A stretch of DNA of 64,000 bases. It comes from Amphiscolops sp. MND2022. Its lineage: Eukaryota. The notes beneath the pieces are model-generated. The model saw nothing but the letters and a program-made list of their open reading frames with translations, was not told the DNA's origin and did not search any database. The DNA lies in assembly GCA_964187785.1 (NCBI GenBank), contig OZ076415.1:64790001-64854000 (forward strand). The letters run 5' to 3'. Each line of letters opens with the position of its first letter. Position 1 is the stretch's first letter. Of the stretch, positions 39,201 to 51,200 are shown one piece after another. The translations under genes and the position numbers were made by a program.

Positions 39201-42200
39201 GTTTTGGTTGTGAAAAGGTAAGAGTAGACCGGGGACAGGACTGCAGTTATCAGAAGAGCCAGGTAGTTCAGTAACAGGGCCAGAAAAGGGTCGTACTTTC
39301 CCTACAGAACAACACAAGCCATGTATACTAGAAACATCATAACTATCTATGGACGGGCATCAGGCCGAAATAATTGCTCTTTTCTGCCACCCCCCGCTCT
39401 ACCAAAAGTTTTGAAGATAAATTTCCTTAAACTAGCCTAACTAATTGTGAAACCTTCTTTCATAACAGTGCAGAGTGTTAACGTCTATTAGAAAAACTTT
39501 TTGTTTGAACAAAACGTTTTTCGCACATTCTGACTATAATCATGATTGACTTGAATACAAACAAGAAACCTTCAATTTTAGGGTGACAGTTCACAACGAG
39601 ATACAAACTTTGCCCACACTCTTTTTGCTTGTAAATTTGCTTGCACGCATTCTTGATGAAGAAATCAATAGCTTCCTGTTCCTAATCACAAAGAACAGTG
39701 AATATGAACATGCATGTTCATATTCACTGTTCTTTGTGATTAGGAACAGGAAGCTATTGATTTCTTCATCAAGAATGCGTGCAAGCAAATTTACAAGCAA
39801 AAAGAGTGTGGGCAAAGTTTGTATCTCGTTGTGAACTGTCACCCTAAAATTGAAGGTTTCTTGTTTGTATTCAAGTCTTTTTGTCAACAATATTTTCACT
39901 TATTTTCTGAAAAGAACTTGGTGTAGGGAAAAACAGAAAAGAGCCGAAATTATTTATCGAAAATATCGCTTCGGAAACGGCATCAATGCGATCAACGAAA
40001 AATAGGAAGCCCACAAAATAGAATTAATATTTCAAAACTTTGAATAGAATTAATATTTCAAAACTTTGAAGTAATACTTCAAAACCGCAATACAGACTAT
40101 CTTTTTAGTCGGCGCTTTTCTAGAGAAAAGAGTCGACTATAGTAATGGCTTTTCGTCAGTGTTTTTTTTCGATACACCTGAAGTGACCAAAATAGTTCTA
40201 CCCCAAAAGTTCTACAAAATTTTAAGAAGCCGCCAAATTGTACCCGTTGGCCCAAGGAACCTAACCAAAAAGGTTTCCCGCGTAAATACAATACCGGACG
40301 AGACCAGAGGGTCTCTCTTCCAGTTTTTTCGGCATTGTGAGACTTTTTTTCAATTTTTTTTCCTAAAAGGGTTCCCAATTCACCAATAGTTTGACATTTT
40401 GAAGTCCTTTTGGTATTTTTGAGCCTTAGATATGGCGCCGACTTGGGCCGGTCCCAGCTTGTTTGACTCGGTCTGGAAACTCTTCACAGACTGATACAGT
40501 TCAATTTGGATTTATCCGGTTTGGAATTCTTTCCGAAAAATTGCAATTGACCCAGAATCACAACAAAAAGAGCAGAGAGTTCCATTTCTTTGTAAATTGG
40601 CACCCATAGTTAGAACGAAAAATTGAAGATTGGCCTAATTTATAAACTTAAAGCTGCTAGTTAATTCAATCACCAAAATGCTTCGACTGAAGTTTTCATT
40701 GATTCGAGAAAAGTTTGCTTTATGTCTGCTTCATGTTTTTAGCGCTGGATAATTTAATGTTATTCCTGGTTAAAACATTCAACATTATAAGATGTCGGAG
40801 AATAAGGGGTAAACAAACCGGGAACGGCCAAAGTCGGCGCTATATCTAAGGCTCAAAATTGTAAAAAAGGGGGGCTTTGGGCTTTGTGAAAGACCAGTTA
40901 GTTGCGAAATATGAAAGAAATGAAGGAGGGACCCTTGGGAGATTTTTAAAAATTTCAGAAAAAAATTTTTTGTAGATTTTTGAACAGTGTCACACTGCCA
41001 AAAAATGTAAAAGGGGGGATCCTTTGAGATTTTTTGACATCCATTGTTTTGCAAAATATTGAGACAAATGAAGAGGGACCCTTGGGAGATTTTTAAAAAT
41101 TTCAGAAAAAAATTTTTTGTAGATTTTTGAACAGTGTCACACTGCCAAAAAATGTAAAAGGGGGGATCCTTTGAGATTTTTTGACATCCATTGTTTTGCA
41201 AAATATTGAAACAAATGAAGAGGGACTCTTTGGTGCAATCCAAAAAATTTCAAATAAATGTCTCATAATGCCGAAAAAATGTTGAAAAGTGAAAAACACC
41301 TAGATAGCGAAAGTGTGTTTTCGAAGTTGTGGACGTCGGTTTTGTTTCTTTTTGTGTTGGCAAGGTTCTGAGGTTTAGTGTAGTGAACCTTCGTAGTTCA
41401 TCAAGTTGTTGAACAAATGAACAAAAAAGTGGACCGTACGCGTCTAAAAAAACTACCCACTGTAAGAGTCGGGCTCGTTTTCTTCTGAAATGAGTCGACT
41501 AAAAATTATTCGGAAAGGTTTTGCTGGTAGAAATAAAAGATCAAAAACTGAAACTCAACGAAAGTCTGGTTTGAAAAAAACACTTGTGGACGTGTGAAAA
41601 TGGCAAAAAAAAAACAAGAAGCTTTGGCATCGCGCTTCGGTTCTCTTCAAAGGAAGAAGTAATTTGGAAAACGATAACCTTTCAGTTGAGCAACAACAGT
41701 TTCACAGATCAAATTCTTGTACGTGCCTCAATGTCAAGAACGTCTGCTACATGAAAATGTAGTTCTTACGTAGACATTTGCGGTGAATGTTTTTAAAAAA
41801 ATTATGGAAGAAAACATTTTTAACGTTATACAGCACTCCGTTGATGGGACTATCTAAGCAGATAATCATGGATAGATTCACATAGATCTGGCAGACCATG
41901 TGGTTTTCTACAAAAAGCACAAAGTATCGCTACCACATTCAACAGAAAAAAAAACAACGCAATGCTATGGAGAATTTAAAGAAAAATTATTTCTCCCAAA
42001 AGAACGAAGTTCTCGGTTAAGTTCAAATTTTTAATGAGACACATCACAAGTGGGACTTTTTATGAATCAAAAGTTTCGCACGGTTTGCCGGAACTATCAG
42101 AATATGAGTTTTAGAGCAACAAAACTTCATTAACATATTCCTGGAATTTTTCTCCAGTTGAAAAAAGCGGATGAATGTTCCAGTTTGAATGCTTCGGAAC

Positions 42201-45200
42201 ACCGTGAAATTTCGAACAGGGTGTCGCAGGCTGCCGCCTGTGATGGAAACAGCTACCAAGTGATGGTGAATGAGAACGACCTGAGATATATGCCAGGAAC
42301 ACTGCCACTTTAGGCCGCGTATACCGCTGATCTGCTGGGAAACTTAGTGCAAGACTTCTATTTTTTTTCACAAACAATTAGAATGTGAATTTATGCTATT
42401 ACGGACCGAAGGTCCACTGGTCTTAGTGTGACTTGTAGTACCAATTGCATTTTAGTATTCATTACATAGATATAGCATTCATTGTATTCTGTTTGTTGAT
42501 TTTATACGCTGCGCATGTACACTTTATATATATATTCACGTCTTTATGCTTGTGTATTCTACATGTAAACCAGTAGTGCAGAATGTATTAATTATCGATG
42601 AAATGTAGCTGTAATAATCAAGATAACTGGCAAAGTAAAGGAAACGCGTTCGAATTGTCCGCCGCGTTGGTCAATTCGAACGCGTAGTCCGCAACCTTAA
42701 TTAGCCAATCACATGCGAGCTTTCTTATTCACTTACTTGCTGGCCTTTGCGGCGACGCAAGTCATATTAGACTGCCGGTCCACTTATTGTCGGTGTATTT
42801 ACTTTGATGATTATTAATCTTAACTAAGTGCAATACTATTGGTGCATATAAGTATGAGCTCAGCACAAGTCTTGCTGTCATTAATATGAAAGGCGTACTG
42901 CCTCTTCCCCCCCATTTTCCTTCCTCTTTATCTATTTTTAGATCTAATACACGTAGAGATGCTAATTTTAGAATTACAGGAACATGTGACGTAAACTTCC
43001 CAGGGCCTTTTGCCCGTACTTGTGTCTATATTTAGTTTGACAGCATTACGTCATAGTGACGTTAGTATGTAAGTTGCTAATTTTAGTAACATGACTATAC
43101 ATATTACTGCATGTCATGATGCAAGGACTATAAATACGGGGACCACTAGTCCCAAGGGATGAATCTTGACGATTATTGATGATTACAAACCTACAACTCA
43201 CCGCTATCTATCACCATCAGTGTTCTAATCATTTTGAGACTACAAGTCAACCTTCGCTTTAGTAGACTGCTTTAGTGATATATCGTTCTGTTATTGTTTG
43301 AATACTCAGTTCAAGTTGGGATATTTGATACAAGCTCGAATATACTCTTACCTGAGCAAATATTTCTTCAATGCCTTCTACTAGAAAGCAAAGAGCTAAG
43401 GAAAGACGCTCTAGGCAATTAGACATCATGTCTGATACAGAAAACTTAGACGTAATGCTTGGATCATATCCAAGAAATGAATTAGGAAATGACTCTGATA
43501 GGGATGGTGAAATAGACCTAGGGTCAGATAGGACTAGAGGAGACCCACTGCAAAATAGTGAGGATTTCAGGTCACTTTTAAACTCAAACAGTAAAGAAAA
43601 TAGTGAATCGACGGTTGAGACTATGAGGCTCGTTAATTCTGAGATTACAAAGAAAATTGATGAACTGAGAAGAGAACTTAATTCTCAGCTGGTTGATGTC
43701 ATTAATTCAGCAATCACTGAAAAGGTTTTGCCTGATATTAGAAACTTGGTTTCCAACCAAAATCCAGTGTTTCGGGAAGAAGTGGACCAGAGGTCCAGTG
43801 GACTTAACAGGACCACCGAAGCGAAATTCGTTAAAAACGCTTGGAAAGGTAACTCAAAGCTTAATATGGCAACCAGTAGTCGACAAGACTACTTTAGGAG
43901 AAATTCAGAGAATTCTCAGTCTAGTGACGATGGTCATGAAGAAGACATTATGACCAATAGTCACGACATGGTGACAGGAGCCAAACCTACCCCTCGTACG
44001 GTTCCTGAATTCCTTACTGGACGGCCCATGCATTCCCGCGAAGAAACACAAAATTCCCATTCCCCACGAATTCAAACCTTAGAAAATGTCCCTCCGGTTC
44101 AGGAGACAGACGTCAACGATGGTTCAGACCCCATTAGGCGTCTTGCAGATGTGCTGGTCGGAATGAACAACAAATCATCAACGCAGACACTGATGGTAAG
44201 ACCTGTCAGCACTACTACATTGACGTTCGATGGCAAATCGGAGAAATTTGAACTCTTCGAAGATCTTTTCCATACTATGGTAAAGATGCAACCGGAAATG
44301 ACCGAGACCATGAAAATCAACCATTTCCACTCTTTGTTGAGGAAGAATGCCCTACAAACTTTCCGCAACATCAGCACCGCTAATAGGCAGACCTTGGAAG
44401 ATGTACTTGCAGTCTTCAGACGCAAATACGTCAAACCAGAATCCCAAGCAACTGCCAAACACAAATGGCACAAACTCGTGTTTGACCCAAACACTATGAA
44501 ACTGCCCGATTTCCTTGAAGAATTGAATCAGGGTGCAGAAAAAGCGTTCGGTGAGAACGCTCAAGCTATGATAGACAGCCTATTGTACGCCAAATTGCCT
44601 CCAAAACTCAAAAGATCCGTCAATATGGCAAGACTTGAAAATGCATCGTACGAGGAAATTGTCACTCATTTAGAACGTGAACTTGAGCTTAATGGACTTG
44701 AGGGAGGTGACGACATTCCAGTACCTACAATGTCCACTGCCCCTACAGCAACACGACCGGGCACTGGCCTCCTTTCATCGGGCATTGATCCCAATATCAC
44801 TTGCAATTATTGCAAAAAACCTGGCCACGTCAAAGACGACTGCAGGAAACTCAAACGAAAGGAGGAACAAAGGCGCAACGACGGACAGGATACTAAAAAA
44901 GAATATCCTAAATGCCCGACTTGCGGCAAAACAAATCACCCGGCGGAACGGTGTTGGAAAGGCGCCGGAGCCCACCTCAAGCCCAAGAACCTCAAACTGG
45001 AGGACGCCAAACAAGACGAAGCGTCCCCTGGACAAAACGAGACCAAGGATAAACAATCCACCTCAATATTAAAAAACTCAAAAAACTAGATTTGCCACGA
45101 CTCCAATTTAATGGAAAGTTACGAATTAGACAGTATATAATCTCTGACCCTTCTACCGTATTTTATATTGAATATTATTCTTCACTAAAGAAAACCTCAT

Positions 45201-48200
45201 CGGCTGACTGGCAGCAGCAAATGAGAAATACTCCTACTCAATTTTGCACTTCGGACCACAGGTCCGACAGACTTACCTCGACTACGGACTATATTCGATC
45301 CCTTCCTCTAATACCTGACTATAACCCTTATTACATTGACCCCGACTACGGCATTGACCCCTACTGGGACGCTCAAATCTACAATCAACACGAGCTGCAA
45401 TTTTACGCAAACTTTAACAAACCTCAAACTGAAATTGAACCCGACTGTCCCATGACAGACAGGGCTCTAAACCATACCTTGACCATAGCTCTAGTAGACC
45501 CCTGGCAAGCAAACCCCAATTCCTGTGTCCTACCAACACAGGAAGAACCAGACACCAAATTCAATTCTTTTGGACCACAAGTCTCTCTGACGTCAGCCGT
45601 CGAGGCAAGATTTGTAAACACACTGGTTACCAGAAATGGCGAGCCAGATTATGTTCCGCTCACAACCAATCTCGGACTCAAATACAAAAGACGTATGCTC
45701 TATTTTCCCATGGATTTTGGCGAACTTACATTAGACGGCCTTGTAGACACGGGTGCCCTATCTAGTGCAATCCCCGAAGCTGATCTACGTAAAATCCGAT
45801 TATTAGCCCCTCAGTCTATTGTCAAAGAGGGCCCAGCACCCAACTTCCAGATAATGGTAGCTAATGGGCAGCTGGAAACTCCGAAGAGCACCGTCGAACT
45901 TAAATTTGAGGTCGGCGATATAGAATTTCACGAAATTTTCATTGTAATGGAGAAACTAACAAGTCCGTTGATTGGCCTTTCATTCTTGCAACGAAACAAC
46001 ACCATACTGGACATGAGACAGGGAGTTCTAAATTTCCCATTTTTCTCCATGCAATTGAAAACAGCGGATCATAAGTACACAAACGTCATGGAGCCTATCT
46101 GTACACAGGAGGACATCACAATACCACCAAATGATAGACACCTAGTCACGTTAAGTTCCCAGATGTACGATGATACCACCGTTACTGGCATATTACAACC
46201 GAGCAATGCCCTCACTGAAGATGGAGACATCGCCTTTTGCGCGGCACTGGTCACATTGACCTCCGGTCAAGTTGAAATTCACCTGAATAACTTTACCGAC
46301 CACCCTTATACTCTCAAGAGAGGTTCTCACGTCGCCAACTTCTCTGTCATGACCCCAGGACAGATGAAGTATGTCAAACCTATAGATCCGGTGACCACAT
46401 GGCACCTTTTGCAGGACAATCCTGAAAATGCTGCATTTTACGTTAGCAGCTTGATTAAATCTTCTAAGCCAGAAGATTTTCGGGAAAACTATTGGTTTCC
46501 CACTCCGGAAGACCCCGGGGATCCACAACAACATACGCCGATACAAAAGCGCATTCTCACCGAACTCCTGAATCTACAAGAGCTAGAGAAGCTCAATCCT
46601 CAGGATGACCCTGAGTCCAGACGACGATTCCTGGCCAACTTCGATTGGACAGATTCTATGCTGCAATCAGATGAGATTACACGCATTGAAAATTTGCTAG
46701 TCGAATTCCATGATATATTCGCTAGACATCGATTCGACATAGGCATGAACGAGGAATTCAAGGTCAAATTAACCCCAAAAGACGATTCCCCGGCCTATAG
46801 TCAAAGTCTACCAACGCCTATTAACCTCAAGGAAGATATCCTCGTAGAACTGGCGCTATTACAACGATATGGGATCATAACAACTCTCCCATTTTCCAAA
46901 TATGCTAGCCCGAACTTTGCCCAAAAGAAACCCAATGGCAAATTGAGATTGCTGGTCGACCTTCGCAAGATTAACAATCTCATTTCGGATGATTACATTA
47001 ACAATAATCACCCCGTCAGTACACTGACCGATGCAGCCCAACATATGGCAGGCAAAAAACTATTTTGCAAACTAGATTGTTCGCAAGCATACCACTGCTT
47101 GCAGATGGCGGACCAACGGTCCATTGAAATGTTAGCGTTCAATTTTGCCAGCAGGACATTTGCTTACCGCAGGTTGGCGCAAGGACTCAGCCGTGCTTTG
47201 TCAGCCTTTTCTAGCTTTATGCGCGAATATCTTGACAAAGTTATTAAGGCTGACCAATGTGCTCAATATGTCGATGATATCGGCATTGCTGCAAATGACG
47301 CCGAACAACTCATAAAGAACCTGCGGGCCACTTTCCAATGCATCCGCGAAGCGGGATTGAAGCTCACAATGCACAAATGTCATTTCGGAGCGACAGAAAT
47401 CGACTTTTTGGGTCGAACGATCACGCCAGTCGGAGTACGTCCACAGCGACCACGAGTCCAAAATTTCCTAGAAAACACGAAATTCCCGAAATCAAAGAAA
47501 GCACTGCAGAGATACCTGGGATTTCTCAACTACTATCGTAACTATATTCCCAGGCTATCAGAGAGACTAACACCATTCTTCAAATTATTAAAGAATGATG
47601 AAAAAGTCCTAGTAACACCGGACCTATTGGAGAAATTTACCGATATCAACAAAGCACTTGACCGCTGTTGTGAATTAGCACTTAAACAGCCGCTACCGAA
47701 CAAGCAAATAGCCCTAATGACCGACGCCAGCTTTATGGCCGCTGGGTACGCAGTCCTAATTGAGGATGATCCACAAGAAAAATATACTTCAACGAGGAAG
47801 GCGTTTGCTCCGGTAGCTTACGGGTCAAAGACCTTTAGTCCCGCACAATTGAAAATGTCCATTTATGCAAAAGAATTCTTAGCCATATTCTTTGCGTTCA
47901 AGGAATTTGGACACATCTTTTGGGGGACGCCAAAGCCGGTAATTATACTGACCGATAACAAATCCGTCACGCGTTTTTTTCAAACAAAGATAATACCACC
48001 AACGTTGTGGAACGCATGTGATTACGTTATTCAATTTAACTTCACAATAGCACACATTCCCGGTAAAAACAACACAGCCGCAGACTACTTATCACGCCTA
48101 GAAATATCACCAAAAGAGAAATTGATTCTTCGCATCAGAGAAGATATTCCCACTACGCCAATTGAACTTCACGTCCAATCAGCAGGGATCACAGAAGAAG

Positions 48201-51200
48201 AACAAATCTTCTATACTGACGATGAAGATGAGACAGAAGAGCAAATCTGGCAAAGGAAGAAAAAATCACGAGACAATCCTTCCAATCAATTACCGGATAT
48301 TTCTTTTCAAAAATTTACCACTCATCACAGCAATTATCAAAAATTACCCATTTGTCAAAAACTAGCCAATACCAACACTGTGACTATAGAGCAAAACAAT
48401 GACGTTATACTACAACAACTTAAGCTCAAAATTCAAAAAGAAGAGTATTCTGAAACAATCTTGATACAAGATACAAGATATCAGCACTACCTACGCCAAC
48501 TAGACCGACTGTCCATTCAAAACGAAATCATCACGAGGCAGTATTACGACGAAACTGGCACTGTCAAATACAACCAAGTGCTCTTACCAAAACACCTAGT
48601 AACTGAATTATTAGAATCCCTTCACGGGAAGGCCAATCGCCATCCGGGCATTGCAAAAATGTTACAAGAAATTCGTTCCAAATATTATTATCCTGGAATA
48701 GCGAAAATCGTCCGCAAGTGGGTTAATGGATGTGAAACCTGCATAAAAGATAAAAGAACTCCAAATGAGTTAATAACTCCTGAGCTCCTCAATTTGCCAG
48801 AGTGGACTTTGGGTCCAGAAGACGCTATGCAAATAGACCTATTACCGAACCTCCCGCCGAGCGGAGGCTACGAAAATATTATTACTGCCATGGACGTTTT
48901 TTCACGTTACCTGTTCGCTTACCCAGTTACTGATGCTTCAGCTGCAAATACCGCTAAGGTCATTATCGACATCATGACCAAACATACGTATTTGCCGACG
49001 ACTTTGATTACCGATAAAGGATCAGCCTTCACATCAAAGTTAGTAGCTGAAATTGCGCAAATTTTGGGCATTCAAATTAAATGTGCGACGACGAAACACC
49101 CACAGACCATAGGAAAGCTAGAAAGAACTCATGCCAGTCTTAAGACTAACCTCAAAATGGCCTCAGGGGAGTATAGACGTCAGTGGCACAAGTACTTACC
49201 GTTAGCAGTCCTAAATTACAACACGTCCTACCACTCGACGTTGGGCTGCGAACCATCAAGGATATTTCATGGCCGCATACCGTACAATATTTTAGACCAT
49301 AAATTGGGGCTCAACCCAAACCCACAGGTCCTTCCCACCACGGACTTTGCTGAGGAATTCCAACGTAGATCACAGGTTTTGATTGATTCCACAAAGAAAA
49401 ATATTATGCAGTCTTATTTGAAGTACAAAGAATACTATGACCGAAAGGCCAAAGCAGCACCTTTGAAACTCAATGATTATTGCTTCATTCTACAACCTAT
49501 AGCTGACCATCAAGGATCAAAAATCCCATTTCGCGAATTCCGTTGGATTGGCCCTTACATTATCGAAAAAGTTTTACCAAACGATAATTATATAGTTCGC
49601 AAACTCAATTCCAACAAAACGCAAATTTTACACAGAATACGTCTCAGAAAATATGAGCCTAATACAGACTTACAGGACGTTCGCCCAGAAGGGAATTTAC
49701 AGCCAGACGATGAAATTGTCATTCCCCAAGATGATCTCTACGTAATCACGTGGGAAACGAACTTTGAGGACTTCGCGTCCACTCGACGTCAACCGACCTA
49801 CGAGCAATCAACTGAACGACCAGAAATTACGAGCGGCGAAGATACTAACTTCGACCAGCCAGATCAGATCTTGACCGATGTGGACCTACAGTCCACTAGA
49901 CATGACGAGACGGAAGAAACTCTTCCTGAGCGAATCATGCCCGATTCCGATAATGACTCAATTACTGGTGAGGAAACTTCATCAGGGGGGAGCGATACTA
50001 TCGTGCCCGAAGTATCAGAAAGCGAAAACGACGAAATGATTGTAGAAAATGAAAGCCCTAGAGGAGGGAGATATAACCTCCGTCCGAACCCTACCCCTAA
50101 TTACTCAGAAGAATACAGATACTAGTCAGAACATTTAATTACTACGTCCCAATTTTCTCTCTCTGCCCTTGAGGACATGTATTCTTTACTTGGGACTATT
50201 TTGACTTCACTTTATGACAATTAATAAGGTGCCGACAAACTGACTTAGCGACGAATAATAAAGCCACAAGCAACATTGGCAGAACAAAAGAAAATATGGA
50301 TAAATAGTTTACAGTCTAAAGTTCATATATGTGCACATTGTGTACAATTAGTCTTTACTGCCACACTGACGCAGACTCTTAGCAGTCTGGACCAATTCGG
50401 AATCTGACAAGAGATGAGTAGGACGGACATTCTTCTTAGGGTACTGTAGGGTACTGGGGGACTGCTGGACTGTGACAGTACTGGAAGCGCCCACCTTGCC
50501 AGCTTTGCTCTGAAGTCTGCGTTCAGGATCCAACTTCGACAAAATCTCAGTCCTCCCGAAATTGTCCAAACCCGACCACGGGTCATACGTGTCGCCAAGC
50601 GCAGTGCGACCGAAAGTAGACTCCATTTCGAGGAATTCGGAGATCGAGGCATCGCTGGTCACTGACTCAACTGGATTAACAGCTTGGCTAAAGAACGATT
50701 GCACTGGCAGCACTATGTCCACTAGCTTGCTGGTAGGATCATCCGTGTTGACAGAGCCGAACTTGACTGTCGGGAGATCTCTAAAAGGCTCATCTATGCA
50801 GAGACAAGCCAACTTGAAACAACTAAACAACAATGGACGTGTAGACAGAGTTGTTTGGCCCATGAGGAAATCAATTGTATCCTTGATCAATAGTGTAGGT
50901 TGATCGAACTCTGCAAATTTAACGCGCAACTCGTCGACGAAGGACAGGTACTCTTCATGTGCTGGGGCCTCTTGTTCTTGGGAAAAATACCCACGAAGAC
51001 GGAAGACGGTAAATAACTGACCGAAGCATTTCGTGGCCAGAGTGAGAGGCAACTTCAAGAGGATTTCCAGGTCAAAGCTGGCCAAACCTTGGGCGATGTT
51101 GGTGGTGAAATTGAAGTGACTACGCGTCTCTTTGAACAGATGAGTCACGTAACTCCTGGCCAAACGTCCAAATTCTTCCTTAGCCTTCTCTTTCAATGTG

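Noticed and set aside
39714-39843. Palindrome arm as the TM1 exon of the MFS gene
   Set aside because: 59375-59253 has an ATG, a much better TM1 match and the right phase; the arm would need an unseen phase-2 upstream exon and gives a stop if spliced after exon 1.
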